From assembly GCA_963843555.1 (NCBI GenBank), contig CAWJKV010000003.1, forward strand, positions 32,001 through 96,000: a stretch of 64,000 nucleotides of DNA. Reading direction: 5' to 3'. Made by a program: the position numbers and the translations under genes. Of this stretch, positions 17,483-27,718 are shown one piece after another. A model generated the notes under the pieces. That model did no database searches. It worked only from the letters and a program-made list of their open reading frames with translations, and was not told where the DNA came from. Origin of the DNA: an uncultured Methanosarcinales archaeon. GTDB lineage: Archaea; Halobacteriota; Methanosarcinia; Methanotrichales; Methanotrichaceae. Within the stretch, counting starts at the first letter, position 1. The number at the start of each line of letters is the position of its first letter.

Positions 17483-20014
17483 TCAAGATAACTCTTCCTT
17501 CAGCCCCTTTAGAAAGTGCCCCGTGGTGATGCCCCCCAAAGATCGTGCCCTGGCTTCTTCCTTCAGGGCCTGCAGATCCCTATCCCGCGTCGGTGATCCC
17601 GCTTGGGTGACCCTTATTGCTTTCTGGTAGATCTCCGTCATCTCCCGGGCATACTTTCGGGTTCTGCCGCGAGTGTCCACAGCAATGCCGTCCAGCCCTA
17701 TCCGGAAGACCTCGGGCAGGAGGTCCAAAAGGCAGGTCTCGACGGAGTTGAAGATGTGCGTCCTTCCTTCGTCATCCTGGCGTACAGGGAAGATGCGTTT
17801 GAAGTCCTGCAGGGCCCAGAAGTCTCCTGGATCGGGTTTTCCTTTTGCCAGGCAGGGAATGCAGTCCTCAGTGACCATTACCTCCAGGTTGCCCTGCACC
17901 AAGAGCTCCAGCTTCAGGACGCCGTCAATCTGGCAAGCAGCAGCGACGGTCCGGGCCAGTTGATCGCAAGAGAGTTCGGGCGAGAAAGTGAGGTGCTGAA
18001 GGTACGGTGCCAGTGCCTTAATCGTCATGTGGTTCCATACATTCAGGCCTGCAGCTCCATAAATGCGGGCCTCCGGCTTCGCCTCCAGGACGGCCTCAAT
18101 GGCGCCGATATTTTCCACCATGATCCCATCCACATCGACTTCATTGAGCAGATGCCGGGCAATCTTGAGGAAATCATCTCTGGTGATCTTGGGCCACTTC
18201 CAGATCAGCTCTGCGTCCGCCTTCTCGCAAATCTCTCTTGCCTCCTTGAGCAAAACCCTGGTCTCTCTGGCATGATCTACTTGACTTCCCAAAAATGGCT
18301 CGAAGTAGATGCGCCGGCATCCTCCCTCGATCGCTCCCTCTACCGCCTCCAGGCTGTCGGCATAGACTGCCAGCGCAGGGATGCGGCCATCCAGACCTTC
18401 TCCAATGTCCTGGCCGCAAGCCAGTCTCATCTCTTGCAGGCGTTCTCGCGCCCGTGCGACCAAATCTTTAGTCGGGCGATGCTTTTCCAGGAGGGCCTTC
18501 TCTGCTTTATCGAGAAGATCGCGGCGCAGCTGGTTCAGGGCTCCCAGTGGGGCGAAGAGGTCCCCAGGATAGTCCATATCTATCTTCCTGATGACGAAAG
18601 GCGTCCCGCCTGTCCGGCGCATCTGGGATTCGATCTGTTGCCGGGTTATGGGCTGATTTACTGCCTTCTCCATCTTGAATCTCGCTTTGACCTCCACGCG
18701 TTGGCCCGTCTCCAGCCTTCCCTCGACATGGCAGGTTCCGTTCGCAAAGGAGATGACGAGATCGATGGGAATCTCCACTTTGCCGGAGCTCGTGATCTCC
18801 TGCGCTCTTCTGGCGAGGCTTGTGCTGCCCGTAAGATAGACTCTGGCTCCCGGGCGCACTCTCTCCGGCGTCCTAAGCCGCACCAGGCCGTTTTTTTGGG
18901 CGGCGCTCTGCACGACCAGGCCCATCTCCTGGCCCGGAGCCTGGAAGACCAGGCCGTCGCCCCTTTCCGGTGCCAGGGGACCGCAAAGGCGAACCACTGC
19001 CTCGCCTCTTTGCAGGTCGTAAGAGGCGACGCTGCCCAAAAGAAAACCCTGATTGTCCGACGCCTTTCTGCCCATAACATCCCTGGCGCCGAGCAGGTGG
19101 CCTTCAGTAAAATCGCGGTTGAACGCCAGGGCCAGGTCCCTCTCCTCCTCCACTGACGCCGTCCATGAACCGCAGGCTATGGAGTCCAGAGCCTTTCTAT
19201 AAATGCTGGTGACGATGGCCACATACTCCGGGGACTTCATCCGTCCTTCGATCTTCAGCGACTGCACAGGCGAGCGGACGATCCTGTCCAGATGTCTGTA
19301 AACGGAAAGGTCGCGGGTGGATATGAGAAATCTCTCTTTTTGTGGCTCCGCAGCCAGGCTCGCCGGCCTCCCGTACTCGTCCTTCTTGCCGCGCAGCAGC
19401 ACGTATGGTTTGCGACAGGGCTGGGCGCACATTCCCCTGTTGCCGCTGCGCCCGCCAATGGCAGAGGAGAGGAGGCACTGCCCGGAGTAGCAATAGCAGA
19501 GCGCTCCGTGCACGAATACCTCCAGGCCCAATCCAGCGGCTCGCGTCTCTGACTCCCATTTTTTAATCTCTTCCAGGGTTACTTCTCTCGCCAGGACCGC
19601 TCTTTTAAATCCTGTTCGAGCGGCAAAAAGGACGCCCTCGCTGTTGTGGATAGTCATTTGCGTGGAGGCATGCTTTTCCAGCTCCGGCACAAGCAGTCCT
19701 GCCAGGGCCGCCGCTCCCAGATCCTGCAGCAGAATTGCGTCTGCGCCCATCTCGTAGAGCCGGATCAGGTATTCAGCAGCATCCAAGAGTTCTTCCTCTC
19801 TGATCAGAGTGTTGACGGTAACGTATACTCTAACGCCTCGCAGATGAGCGTAGTCAATAGCTTCTGCCAGGGCAGAATCATCGAAGTTTGCGGCAAATTT
19901 TCTGGCCCCAAATCTCTTGCCGCCAAGATATACGGCATCGGCTCCCGCAGCTATGGCTGAATGCAGTGCCTCGGGCGAGCCTGCGGGCGCGAGGAGTTCA
20001 GGCAGTTTTCTCAA
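17483..20014 (-). CDS. U32-family protein (long RlhA-like RNA hydroxylation type)
   Basis: PELLAPAG, GADAVYLG, HASTQM, EVFVHGALCYCYSGQC, SGNRGMCAQPCR, LKIEGRMK; TTG start. Confidence 0.88.
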   Translation of the reverse strand: MRKLPELLAPAGSPEALHSAIAAGADAVYLGGKRFGARKFAANFDDSALAEAIDYAHLRGVRVYVTVNTLIREEELLDAAEYLIRLYEMGADAILLQDLGAAALAGLLVPELEKHASTQMTIHNSEGVLFAARTGFKRAVLAREVTLEEIKKWESETRAAGLGLEVFVHGALCYCYSGQCLLSSAIGGRSGNRGMCAQPCRKPYVLLRGKKDEYGRPASLAAEPQKERFLISTRDLSVYRHLDRIVRSPVQSLKIEGRMKSPEYVAIVTSIYRKALDSIACGSWTASVEEERDLALAFNRDFTEGHLLGARDVMGRKASDNQGFLLGSVASYDLQRGEAVVRLCGPLAPERGDGLVFQAPGQEMGLVVQSAAQKNGLVRLRTPERVRPGARVYLTGSTSLARRAQEITSSGKVEIPIDLVISFANGTCHVEGRLETGQRVEVKARFKMEKAVNQPITRQQIESQMRRTGGTPFVIRKIDMDYPGDLFAPLGALNQLRRDLLDKAEKALLEKHRPTKDLVARARERLQEMRLACGQDIGEGLDGRIPALAVYADSLEAVEGAIEGGCRRIYFEPFLGSQVDHARETRVLLKEAREICEKADAELIWKWPKITRDDFLKIARHLLNEVDVDGIMVENIGAIEAVLEAKPEARIYGAAGLNVWNHMTIKALAPYLQHLTFSPELSCDQLARTVAAACQIDGVLKLELLVQGNLEVMVTEDCIPCLAKGKPDPGDFWALQDFKRIFPVRQDDEGRTHIFNSVETCLLDLLPEVFRIGLDGIAVDTRGRTRKYAREMTEIYQKAIRVTQAGSPTRDRDLQALKEEARARSLGGITTGHFLKGLKEELS

Positions 20015-20101
20015 TGTCGATCGATCATATCAGAAGCCGAGCCAGTTGATAAGCCCTCGCCAAGGAAACCTATGTACCTTATGGAGTACGATTATTGACA
20101 T

Positions 20102-20698
20102 ATGCCACCCAACGCAGTGATCAAGAGCCCTGATACGCAAAGGTCTTCCAGAGTGCCTCCAGGCCAGAGGCTGACTGAATACTGGCCTGTCCTTCATTAT
20201 GGAAACGTTCCCAGAATAAACCCGGAAGAGTGGCGCCTCAGACTGTTCGGCCTGGTGGAAAAAGAGCGCAATCTCAGCCTGCAGGAGTTCAGGGCTCTGC
20301 CGCAGGCCAGTGTCCTCTCGGATGTGCATTGCGTTACAGGCTGGTCCAGGCTCGACAACCTCTGGGAAGGGCTGCCGGCGGTTGCCATAAGAGAGCTGGT
20401 GAAGATTCTTCCGGGGGCCGGATTTGCCATCATTCATGCCTGGGGAGACTTCACCACCAACCTCACCCTGGATGACTTCTTCCAGGAAGATGTCATACTG
20501 GCAGCCAAACACAATGGCCTGGAGATATCTCCTGAACACGGCTATCCTGTGCGCCTCGTCGTACCCAGGCTTTACTTCTGGAAGAGTGCTAAATGGATAA
20601 CGGGCGTGGAGTTCACATCCGAGGACCGACCGGGCTTCTGGGAGAGCCATGGTTACCACAATCGGGGCGATCCCTGGAAAGAAGAGCGCTACGGATGA
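20102..20698 (+). CDS. sulfite oxidase-like molybdopterin oxidoreductase
   Basis: RVPPGQ, WPVLH, DVHCVTGWS, EHGYPVRLVVP.LYFWKSAKW, PGFWE..GYH. Confidence 0.9.
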   Translation: MPPNAVIKSPDTQRSSRVPPGQRLTEYWPVLHYGNVPRINPEEWRLRLFGLVEKERNLSLQEFRALPQASVLSDVHCVTGWSRLDNLWEGLPAVAIRELVKILPGAGFAIIHAWGDFTTNLTLDDFFQEDVILAAKHNGLEISPEHGYPVRLVVPRLYFWKSAKWITGVEFTSEDRPGFWESHGYHNRGDPWKEERYG

Positions 20699-20752
20699 GG
20701 ATAGAATAAGGATATACGGGTTATTTATTGGATAAGATCCCATTATATTCTG

Positions 20753-21775
20753 GTGAATGTGATGAAGAGCGCTAACATAATACTCGTTCTAATGGCCCTC
20801 ATTCTGCTCTCCTCAGGAGGGCAGGCATTGAGGACCTTTTCCGGGGACACGATTTCTATAGACACGCCCATAGAGGATGATGTTTTCGCCGCAGGCAGCA
20901 TAGTGAGCATCAATGCCCCAGTGGACTCGGCAATAGTCGCAGGCGGCACGGTGAATGTCAATGCTCCGGTGAAAGGTGACCTCATTGCTGCAGGGGGCCA
21001 GGTCAATGTGAACTCTGATGTGGGCGGGAAGGTGGTAGCAGCGGGAGGAAATGTTATCCTGGGTGGCAACATTGGCACCAATCTTGTGGCCGCAGGTGGC
21101 CAGGTGAGCATACTTCACGACAAGATCATTGCCAGAGATGCTCTCATCGCTGGCGGCAATGTGGTCAACGCCGGCCATGTTAACGGCACCTTGACAGTTC
21201 GCGCCGATAATTTCACCAATACCGGCTCAGCCGGAAGGGTGGACTTCTACCAGACAGAGAGTAAGGCCCCGAAAGGAGACGAGGACCGGGGAATGTTCAA
21301 TGTCTTCACCCTTCTGATCATTCTTGGCTACTTCATTCTGGGATTGATCCTGGTGAAATATCTCCCCGGCATCTTCATGGCAGTGGATAGCGAGATTCGC
21401 AGCTCTGCCTTACTCAAGACCATCCTTGGGTTCGTCATGATCATTGCCTCGTTTATTGCCGTGCTTCTGGTGGCCATAACCATGGTTGGTTTGCCGATCG
21501 CTCTGATCTCATTTCTCCTCATACTTGCCGCCCTGATGCTCAGTGGCACCTTTGTCTCCTTCAGCCTGGGCAAATGGATTGGCGAGCAAAGGAAGATCAA
21601 GCAGGGAGACCTGGTCCTCTTCACATTGGGTTTCGTTATCCTTAATGTGCTCTTCCTGGTGCCATATGTTGGCGGTCTGATCTCTTTGATCTCCATGAGT
21701 CTGGGATTTGCGGCTCTCCTTTACGCTGCACGCCGCTTCTTAAGAACAGATAAGGTTACAGCCATAGCAAAATAG
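20753..21775 (+). CDS. membrane protein with N-terminal beta-helix (bactofilin-like) repeats
   Basis: Signal peptide, repeated (V/I)xG(D/N)xxAAGGxV units, then about five hydrophobic segments. Confidence 0.8.
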   Translation: MNVMKSANIILVLMALILLSSGGQALRTFSGDTISIDTPIEDDVFAAGSIVSINAPVDSAIVAGGTVNVNAPVKGDLIAAGGQVNVNSDVGGKVVAAGGNVILGGNIGTNLVAAGGQVSILHDKIIARDALIAGGNVVNAGHVNGTLTVRADNFTNTGSAGRVDFYQTESKAPKGDEDRGMFNVFTLLIILGYFILGLILVKYLPGIFMAVDSEIRSSALLKTILGFVMIIASFIAVLLVAITMVGLPIALISFLLILAALMLSGTFVSFSLGKWIGEQRKIKQGDLVLFTLGFVILNVLFLVPYVGGLISLISMSLGFAALLYAARRFLRTDKVTAIAK

Positions 21776-21793
21776 TGCGCCAATAGAGACGCT

Positions 21794-21820
21794 TTTGCGG
21801 GCCCAACAAGGACCCGCAAA
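21794..21820 (+). terminator. putative terminator hairpin
   Basis: TTTGCGGG ... CCCGCAAA inverted repeat just after the stop at 21775. Confidence 0.45.
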
Positions 21821-21884
21821 CATTATTTGCGCTGCAAGACGATAGTTATATGTTCCGATCTTGTTGTGCGAGAGTGGTGAAGTC

Positions 21885-22673
21885 TTGAAACTGGTAGTAT
21901 TCTACAATGGCGAGTTTGGCCTGAGAGTGGTGGGAAACCTCATCAATTACTCGGGATTTTGCATATCCTGCGGTGAGGCCTGCTCTCTATGCCGTAATGT
22001 TCGGCCGGGTTATGCCGAGAACATAGTATCCCTGGTGGAGATGCCCGATCCTGCGACTTTGGGCGACTTTATTGATGATGTGGATCCACTTCTTCCCAAG
22101 GATATCCCGGCAGCGGATATCGCCCTGGTGATCAATGTCCATCCCGACATACTCTTCGGCCTGCTTCCCAAATTGAAAGAGGCGGGCGTAAAGGGCATAG
22201 TGGGAGGCTCGGAATCGCCCCGCGATCTTCCTTTGGGCCAGAGGAAGCAGCTGGAGGAGAAGGCAGCTGAGCTGGGAATGGAGGCCGCCTTCGCCAAGCC
22301 TTTCTGCGCTCTTCGCCCGGACCCCAGCAAGCCCAACATCTATGCCTTCCTCAATGAAGCAGGGATAGGAGACCCTGTAATCGATGTGACTCTGCAGAAA
22401 AGCCGGGAGGGCAAAGAGCACATTCTGGCGGCCAACGTTGTCAGGTCAGCACCTTGCGGATCAACCTGGTTTGTGGCCAAACGCCTTCTGGGGCTGGAGC
22501 CTGATCAGCCCGACATCAGGGAGAGGATCTCTGAAGCGCATCATGCCTACCCTTGCACCGGGTCGATGGAGCGGGACACTGAAATTGGCGATACCGTCCT
22601 GCATAAGGGCGGCTACATCATCCGCGATGCCGTGGAGGATGCTTTCAAGAGAGCGAAACGCCAGGAGGCGTAA
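21885..22673 (+). CDS. DUF166-like conserved methanogen protein
   Basis: G.FG.RVVGNL.N, HPD, AKPFCAL, RSAPCGST.FVA, HHAYPC.GSM motifs; start uncertain (21861 or 21885). Confidence 0.75.
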   Translation: MKLVVFYNGEFGLRVVGNLINYSGFCISCGEACSLCRNVRPGYAENIVSLVEMPDPATLGDFIDDVDPLLPKDIPAADIALVINVHPDILFGLLPKLKEAGVKGIVGGSESPRDLPLGQRKQLEEKAAELGMEAAFAKPFCALRPDPSKPNIYAFLNEAGIGDPVIDVTLQKSREGKEHILAANVVRSAPCGSTWFVAKRLLGLEPDQPDIRERISEAHHAYPCTGSMERDTEIGDTVLHKGGYIIRDAVEDAFKRAKRQEA

Positions 22674-22695
22674 GCCCAAAACCTTTTTGCCGTGA

Positions 22696-23208
22696 ATGAG
22701 ATTCATAATGAATATGTCATCAAGAGATCTCATGTTCTCCATTCTCATGATACCATCGTCTGGAGAGACGCAATCTGCCGGCTATTGGCTGGAAAAGGGA
22801 AATGAGCTATGCAACTCAGGGCAGATGGAAGAGGCGATCAAGGCTTACGAATTCGCCTTGAGCCTTGATCCAACGCTGATCGATGCCCAGAACAACAAGG
22901 GCCTCATCCTCGCCAATGAGAATCGCCTGGCAGAGGCTCTGCAATGCTTCGATGAAGTCCTTAAGATCTCACCCCGACATGCCTATACTCTGAACAACAA
23001 AGGCATGGTTCTAGCTCAGCAAAAGAAGTATCAAGAAGCTCTGGACTGCTTTGAAGCCGCTCTCGTCGTGGATCCCTATTTTGCCGGTGCCTGGTACAAT
23101 AAGGCTCTGGTCATGCAATGCCTTGGTCGGGACAGGGAGGCCATGGCTGCAATGAAGACCGCCGATACGCTGGAGGGAAAGGCTGGAGGATGCAGGCGAA
23201 GAGGCTAG
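22696..23208 (+). CDS. tetratricopeptide repeat protein
   Basis: Four TPR units (W..KG/NNKG...EA..CF..AL..P); start uncertain. Confidence 0.88.
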   Translation: MRFIMNMSSRDLMFSILMIPSSGETQSAGYWLEKGNELCNSGQMEEAIKAYEFALSLDPTLIDAQNNKGLILANENRLAEALQCFDEVLKISPRHAYTLNNKGMVLAQQKKYQEALDCFEAALVVDPYFAGAWYNKALVMQCLGRDREAMAAMKTADTLEGKAGGCRRRG

Positions 23209-23403
23209 ATCGACAAAGCCATGGAAGAGATCCCTTCTCTTTCTCATGAGACAGTTGAACGTGCCTAAATAGGGGGGCCGGGCAGGATATTCCTCTTTGC
23301 AGCAATATGGTGGCACTGCTAACATAAATATCAATAGAATTAAAAAAATATTTTAGTTATCAAATTTCGAAATGTGATTGACTTGCCTTCTGCCATCCTG
23401 CAA

Positions 23404-23841
23404 TTATCCTAATTCGATTATCGGTCTTGGTTTCATACGTTCTCTCATCCTCTTAATTGTTACAGCGGGGTCGTTTTTTTTCGCGGTTACCCAATCCATT
23501 CTGCTCCATTGTTTGTTCTTTGCGTCAACAAAGATCACATTCGCATTCATTGGCAAAGCTACAAGTGCGTCATAATTCACGAATAATTTTCCCTCTATAT
23601 TCATTTGAGGCACATCTGGTCCTATCACTCCTGCAGGCATCTCCCACTCAAATCCTTCTGGCTCGACGCAGGGCAACCAGCTTCCAGTTGTTGGATCACC
23701 AGGAGGCCTTATATTCACTGTTCCACAAACATAGCACAAGCACTTTTTGTTATTCCCTGCAAACTCTACAGGAAATTTGCAGTGGAAACATTGATATCCA
23801 CCCATTGCCTTTGCTTTCGCTTCTTCATCTGCCATCTCCAT
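23404..23841 (-). CDS. hypothetical protein with N-terminal Zn ribbon
   Basis: ATG after GGAGGT; CFHC...CLCYVC, WLPC, PEGFEW.MPAG. Confidence 0.75.
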   Translation of the reverse strand: MEMADEEAKAKAMGGYQCFHCKFPVEFAGNNKKCLCYVCGTVNIRPPGDPTTGSWLPCVEPEGFEWEMPAGVIGPDVPQMNIEGKLFVNYDALVALPMNANVIFVDAKNKQWSRMDWVTAKKNDPAVTIKRMRERMKPRPIIELG

Positions 23842-23888
23842 ACCTCCGTATTAATTTTGAATTGGAGTTGAATTCGTAGACTATTCTC

Positions 23889-23993
23889 TTAGGTCAAATT
23901 GACATTGGTCCCATTGACATTGGTCGCATTAATGTTGGTCGCATTGATCTTGGTTGCATTAACGCTGGTCTCATTGACTGCGGTCTCATTAAC
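23889..23993 (-). repeat. imperfect 15-bp coding tandem repeat, about 7 units
   Basis: Plus-strand units such as CATTGACATTGGTCC / CATTAATGTTGGTCG / CATTGATCTTGGTTG. Confidence 0.8.
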
Positions 23994-24407
23994 TGGATTA
24001 AGAAAATCCTCTATAGTCTGTCCGGGTTGGGTCGTGGTAACATTTTCCGAATTAAGAAATGCATCAATAGAGGATCCGGCCTGTATATTGAATATCTGGC
24101 TCTTGGCATCGCTATGAAACGATTCGTTTGTATTTGGGAAAAGTTGTGGCACCGAGTCAATGAAATCCTGTGTGGCATTCTTGCTCAATATATCATCATC
24201 GACCTGCGGTTCTAAGAAGTGCTTTCCTTTCAATATGTTTTGGTTTGCAAATGCGTCTGTCTTGAATACGGACGCATTTACTCCGTGAGTATTCACCACA
24301 GGTTTCTCGGGCTCTACTGCTTTTCTCACCACATCCGCTGGTGTCAATGCACCAACTACCATCATCATTACCAATCCGATGATTACTAATTCTATTATTT
24401 TTTTCAT
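23889..24407 (-). CDS. secreted hypothetical protein with C-terminal NxT pentapeptide repeats
   Basis: MKKII signal peptide; tail VNETA VNETS VNATK INATN INATN VNGTN VNLT. Confidence 0.8.
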   Translation of the reverse strand: MKKIIELVIIGLVMMMVVGALTPADVVRKAVEPEKPVVNTHGVNASVFKTDAFANQNILKGKHFLEPQVDDDILSKNATQDFIDSVPQLFPNTNESFHSDAKSQIFNIQAGSSIDAFLNSENVTTTQPGQTIEDFLNPVNETAVNETSVNATKINATNINATNVNGTNVNLT

Positions 24408-24818
24408 TCTGCACTCCCCCTCGTGTTCCTTACCAATTTTGCGGAATTGAGGAGCTTGATGAATTCAAGAGCCTTGCTCACTTCCGATTTGAGAAAGTTG
24501 ATGCGAGGCCCAACCCAGCATTCTGATTTGGGCAAATGTCAATTGAATTTGCCTCGAAATCCTTGCATCAACTCCTTTGGATCCTGCAATTATCTTGTTC
24601 CTAAACTATTTATAGTATACGACCACAAAACCCGATTTTAAGAAAGAAAGATAAGAATCATGCATACTAATTTACATTCTCAAAGTTCTTGATTGGCGAA
24701 ATAGCTAATAAAGCAAATTTTATTAGATTTGTGTTCTGGATCGAACTCCGTTCCCATTTTCTTTTTTGAAACTCCACCTTCCAAAAGGCAAATAAACTTG
24801 CACGCCCTCGCCCCCCCC

Positions 24819-26292
24819 ATGTCCCGCTTTCTCGTGGTCCTCGGCACCACCTCCCACTCCGGCAAGAGCACGCTTGTCGCCGCCCTCTGCCGCCTTCTCT
24901 CCGATCGCGGCTTTAGGGTCGCGCCCTTCAAGTCCCAGAACATGAGCCTCAACTCCTGGGTGACCCAGAACGGCTGCGGAGATCGGCATCGCTCAGGCGG
25001 TGCAGGCCTGGGCGGCCCGGGCGGAGCCGAACGAGTTCATGAATCCCATCCTCCTCAAGCCCAAGGGCGACCGCACCTCTCAGGTCATAGTCCTGGGCAG
25101 GCCCGTGGCCGACAAATCGGCAGAGGAGTACTATCGGGAGATCGAAGGGCTCAAGGAGGTGGTGGACCGATCAATCAAAGAGCTGGAGAAGGACTACGAC
25201 TACATAGTAGTAGAAGGCGCGGGCGGAGCGGCGGAGATCAACCTCTATCGATCGGGATATCGCCAATATCTACGTGGCCCGCTCCTGCAGGCCCCCATAA
25301 TCCTGGTCGGGGATATCGAGCGGGGCGGCGTCTTCGCCAGCCTTTTCGGCACGGTGCAGCTTCTGCCCGAGGACATCCGGCCACTGGTTAAGGGCCTGGT
25401 GATCAACAAATTCCGGGGCGATCCTGCCATTTTCGGATCCGGCCTGAAGACGCTGGAAGAGCTCACCGGCGTTCCCGTGCTGGGCGTCATGCCCTATCTC
25501 GATCTGGACATACCATCCGAGGACTCTGTCTCTTTGGGCGACAAGAAGGCCCGGCCTTCGCGGCGAGCGGTCGAGATCGCCGTGATCAGGCTGCCGCGCA
25601 TCAGCAACTTCACCGACTTCGAGCCCCTGGAACGGCAGGCGCGTGTTCGGTACGTGAACCTCTCGGACGAATCCCTGGGCCATCCGGATGCGGTGATCAT
25701 TCCCGGCACCAAGAACACCGTCTCCGATCTGCGAGGAGATGCAGGAAAAGGGCATGGCCGATCAGATAAAATCCCTGCCGGACACTCCGGTCCTGGGCAT
25801 CTGCGGAGGCTACCAGATGCTGGGCCGGGAGATCATCGACTGCGGCATTGAGGACACCGTGGGAACCGTCCCCGGTCTGGGTCTGCTGGATGCTGTGACC
25901 CGCTTCGACCTTTATGAGAAGAGGACGGTGCAGGTGAAAAAGACGGTCACGGGCGGCGGCCCCATCCTGGAGCCGATCCGCGGCCAAATGGTCACAGGCT
26001 ACGAGATTCACATGGGTGTGACCAGCCCCGAGGGGAGGCAGCCTTCGGAGACGACGGCGCTGTATCAGAGAACGGAATGGTGATCGGCACCTACCTGCAT
26101 GGAATCTTCGAGAATGAGAACTTCCGCAATGCTTTTCTCGATTTCCTCCGCCGCCGCAAAAATTCGGGCCAGGACAGAATTGTTCCCAGCGAATGGCGGC
26201 CGCAGAAGGGAGACGGCTTTGCGGAGCTGGCCGCGGCTGTAGAGGCAAACTTGGATATGGAGAAGATCTGGCGGATGCTTGACCTGGATTGC
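24819..26292 (+). CDS. cobQ: cobyric acid synthase CobQ; several frameshifts, end approximate
   Basis: [74 protein letters not shown] across four ORF fragments. Confidence 0.9.
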
Positions 26293-26334
26293 TGCAATAT
26301 CTTTTTCAGCCGGCAGGCATTCGTTCTACAACTG

Positions 26335-27030
26335 ATGAAACTGGGCGTGCTCTTCTCCGGCGGCAAGGACTCGGTCTTTGCCTGCCGCCGGGCCATGGAA
26401 AAGAACCAGGTAGCCTGCCTGATAACTCTGGTCTCGGAGAACCCGGACAGCTACATGTTCCACACGCCCAACATTCGCCGCACCGACCTGCAGGCGAAGG
26501 CCATGGGCATTCCCCTGCTCACCTGGCCCACGCACGGCGTCAAAGAGGAGGAGCTGGAGGACCTGTCGGCTGCCGTAGCCGCCGCCCGGGAGAGATACGG
26601 CATCCAGGGAATCGTCACCGGAGCCATCGAGTCCGTCTACCAGGCGGCGCGTGTGCAGAGGATCTGCCGCGACCAGGATCTCTGGTGCTATAATCCCCTC
26701 TGGCAGACAAATCAGATCGATTACCTCCGGCAGGCTTTTAAAGGAAGACTTTTCCGATCATCATCTCCGGGGTCTATGCCTATCCCTTCGATGCCTCCTG
26801 GCTGGGCGCACGAGTTGACGGAGGAGCGCATCCAAATGCTGGAGCGGCTCCAGCAAAAATACAAGATAAATCCCTCAGGCGAGGGCGGGGAGCTGGAGAC
26901 CTTCGTCCTGGACGGCCCCATCTTCCAGAAGAGAATCGAGATCCTGAAGGCATCCCAGAGCTATGCCAACTACCGGGGGCAGTTTGTCATAGAAGAGATG
27001 CAGCTGGTGGAGAAACCAGTGAGGAAATGA
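26335..27030 (+). CDS. diphthine-ammonia ligase (Dph6 / ATP pyrophosphatase family); internal compensating frameshifts about 26730-26810
   Basis: MKLGVLFSGGKDS, SYMFHTPN, GAIESVYQ, PLW, GEGGELETFVLDGP. Confidence 0.88.
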   Translation: MKLGVLFSGGKDSVFACRRAMEKNQVACLITLVSENPDSYMFHTPNIRRTDLQAKAMGIPLLTWPTHGVKEEELEDLSAAVAAARERYGIQGIVTGAIESVYQAARVQRICRDQDLWCYNPLWQTNQIDYLRQAFKGRLFRSSSPGSMPIPSMPPGWAHELTEERIQMLERLQQKYKINPSGEGGELETFVLDGPIFQKRIEILKASQSYANYRGQFVIEEMQLVEKPVRK

Positions 27031-27079
27031 GTCCGGAAATTGAAGGGAAATTCCGGATAACGAAGGCAAATTCCAAGGA

Positions 27080-27650
27080 ATGATGCATAGGAAGGGCGCA
27101 TCCTCCTGGTTGACCTGTGCTTCGAAAAAGACTCCCTATCCCAGTACGAATTTGTCCATCCCATTAGAGATACGCTGCAAAAATTGGGCTTTCTCTGCAA
27201 CATTTTGCATTATACCGAGGTCAAGCCGCAGGCTCTTGCCAACCACGATAAAATTATCCTCTGCGGAACGAGCCTGTTGGACAATGTTTATGCCGAGCAT
27301 TTGCAGCTCTTCTCCTGGATAAAGGATTTGAAAAAGCCCATTTTGGGCATCTGCGCCGGCATGCAGGTTATCAGCGCCGTTCTATGGTGGATCGATAGTG
27401 CCAAATCATGCTATCGGCCTGGAAGAGATAGAGATCGTCAGGGCTTCACCGCTGCTGGGCGAGCCGCGGCAGATAGAAGGCTATCATCTTCATAACTATG
27501 CAGTGACATTGCCGGAGGGATTCATGCTTCTGGCGGGAGAACCTTGATGCCGTCGAGGCTTTCCAGCACCGCACCCATCCCACTTACGGCATTATATTTC
27601 ATCCTGAAGTGCGAAACCGGTGGATATTGGAGCGCTTTGCCAATCTTTGA
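27080..27650 (+). CDS. stand-alone class I glutamine amidotransferase; frameshifted
   Basis: Joined frames give RILLVDL..YEFVHPI, IILCGT, KPILGICAGMQ (Cys), YHLH and FHPEV (His-x-Glu). Confidence 0.75.
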
Positions 27651-27718
27651 TGAAGTCTGCCGGAAACCCCTTTCCTTCGAAACCGATTTATGTAATGAAT
27701 CATCACTATTAGCGCGCT

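Noticed and set aside
17603..19156. 517-aa plus-strand ORF and similar long antisense ORFs (6747-7883, 44031-44972, 54656-55564)
   Set aside because: Shadow frames opposite well-supported genes in GC-rich DNA, with no motifs
23889..23993. Possible CRISPR-like repeat
   Set aside because: 15-bp degenerate coding repeat with no spacers and no cas genes
26077..27030. Apparent CobQ C-terminus/Dph6 fusion ORF
   Set aside because: Lies in an indel-rich zone; the linker looks intergenic and Dph6 has its own ATG at 26335, so a lost stop is more likely
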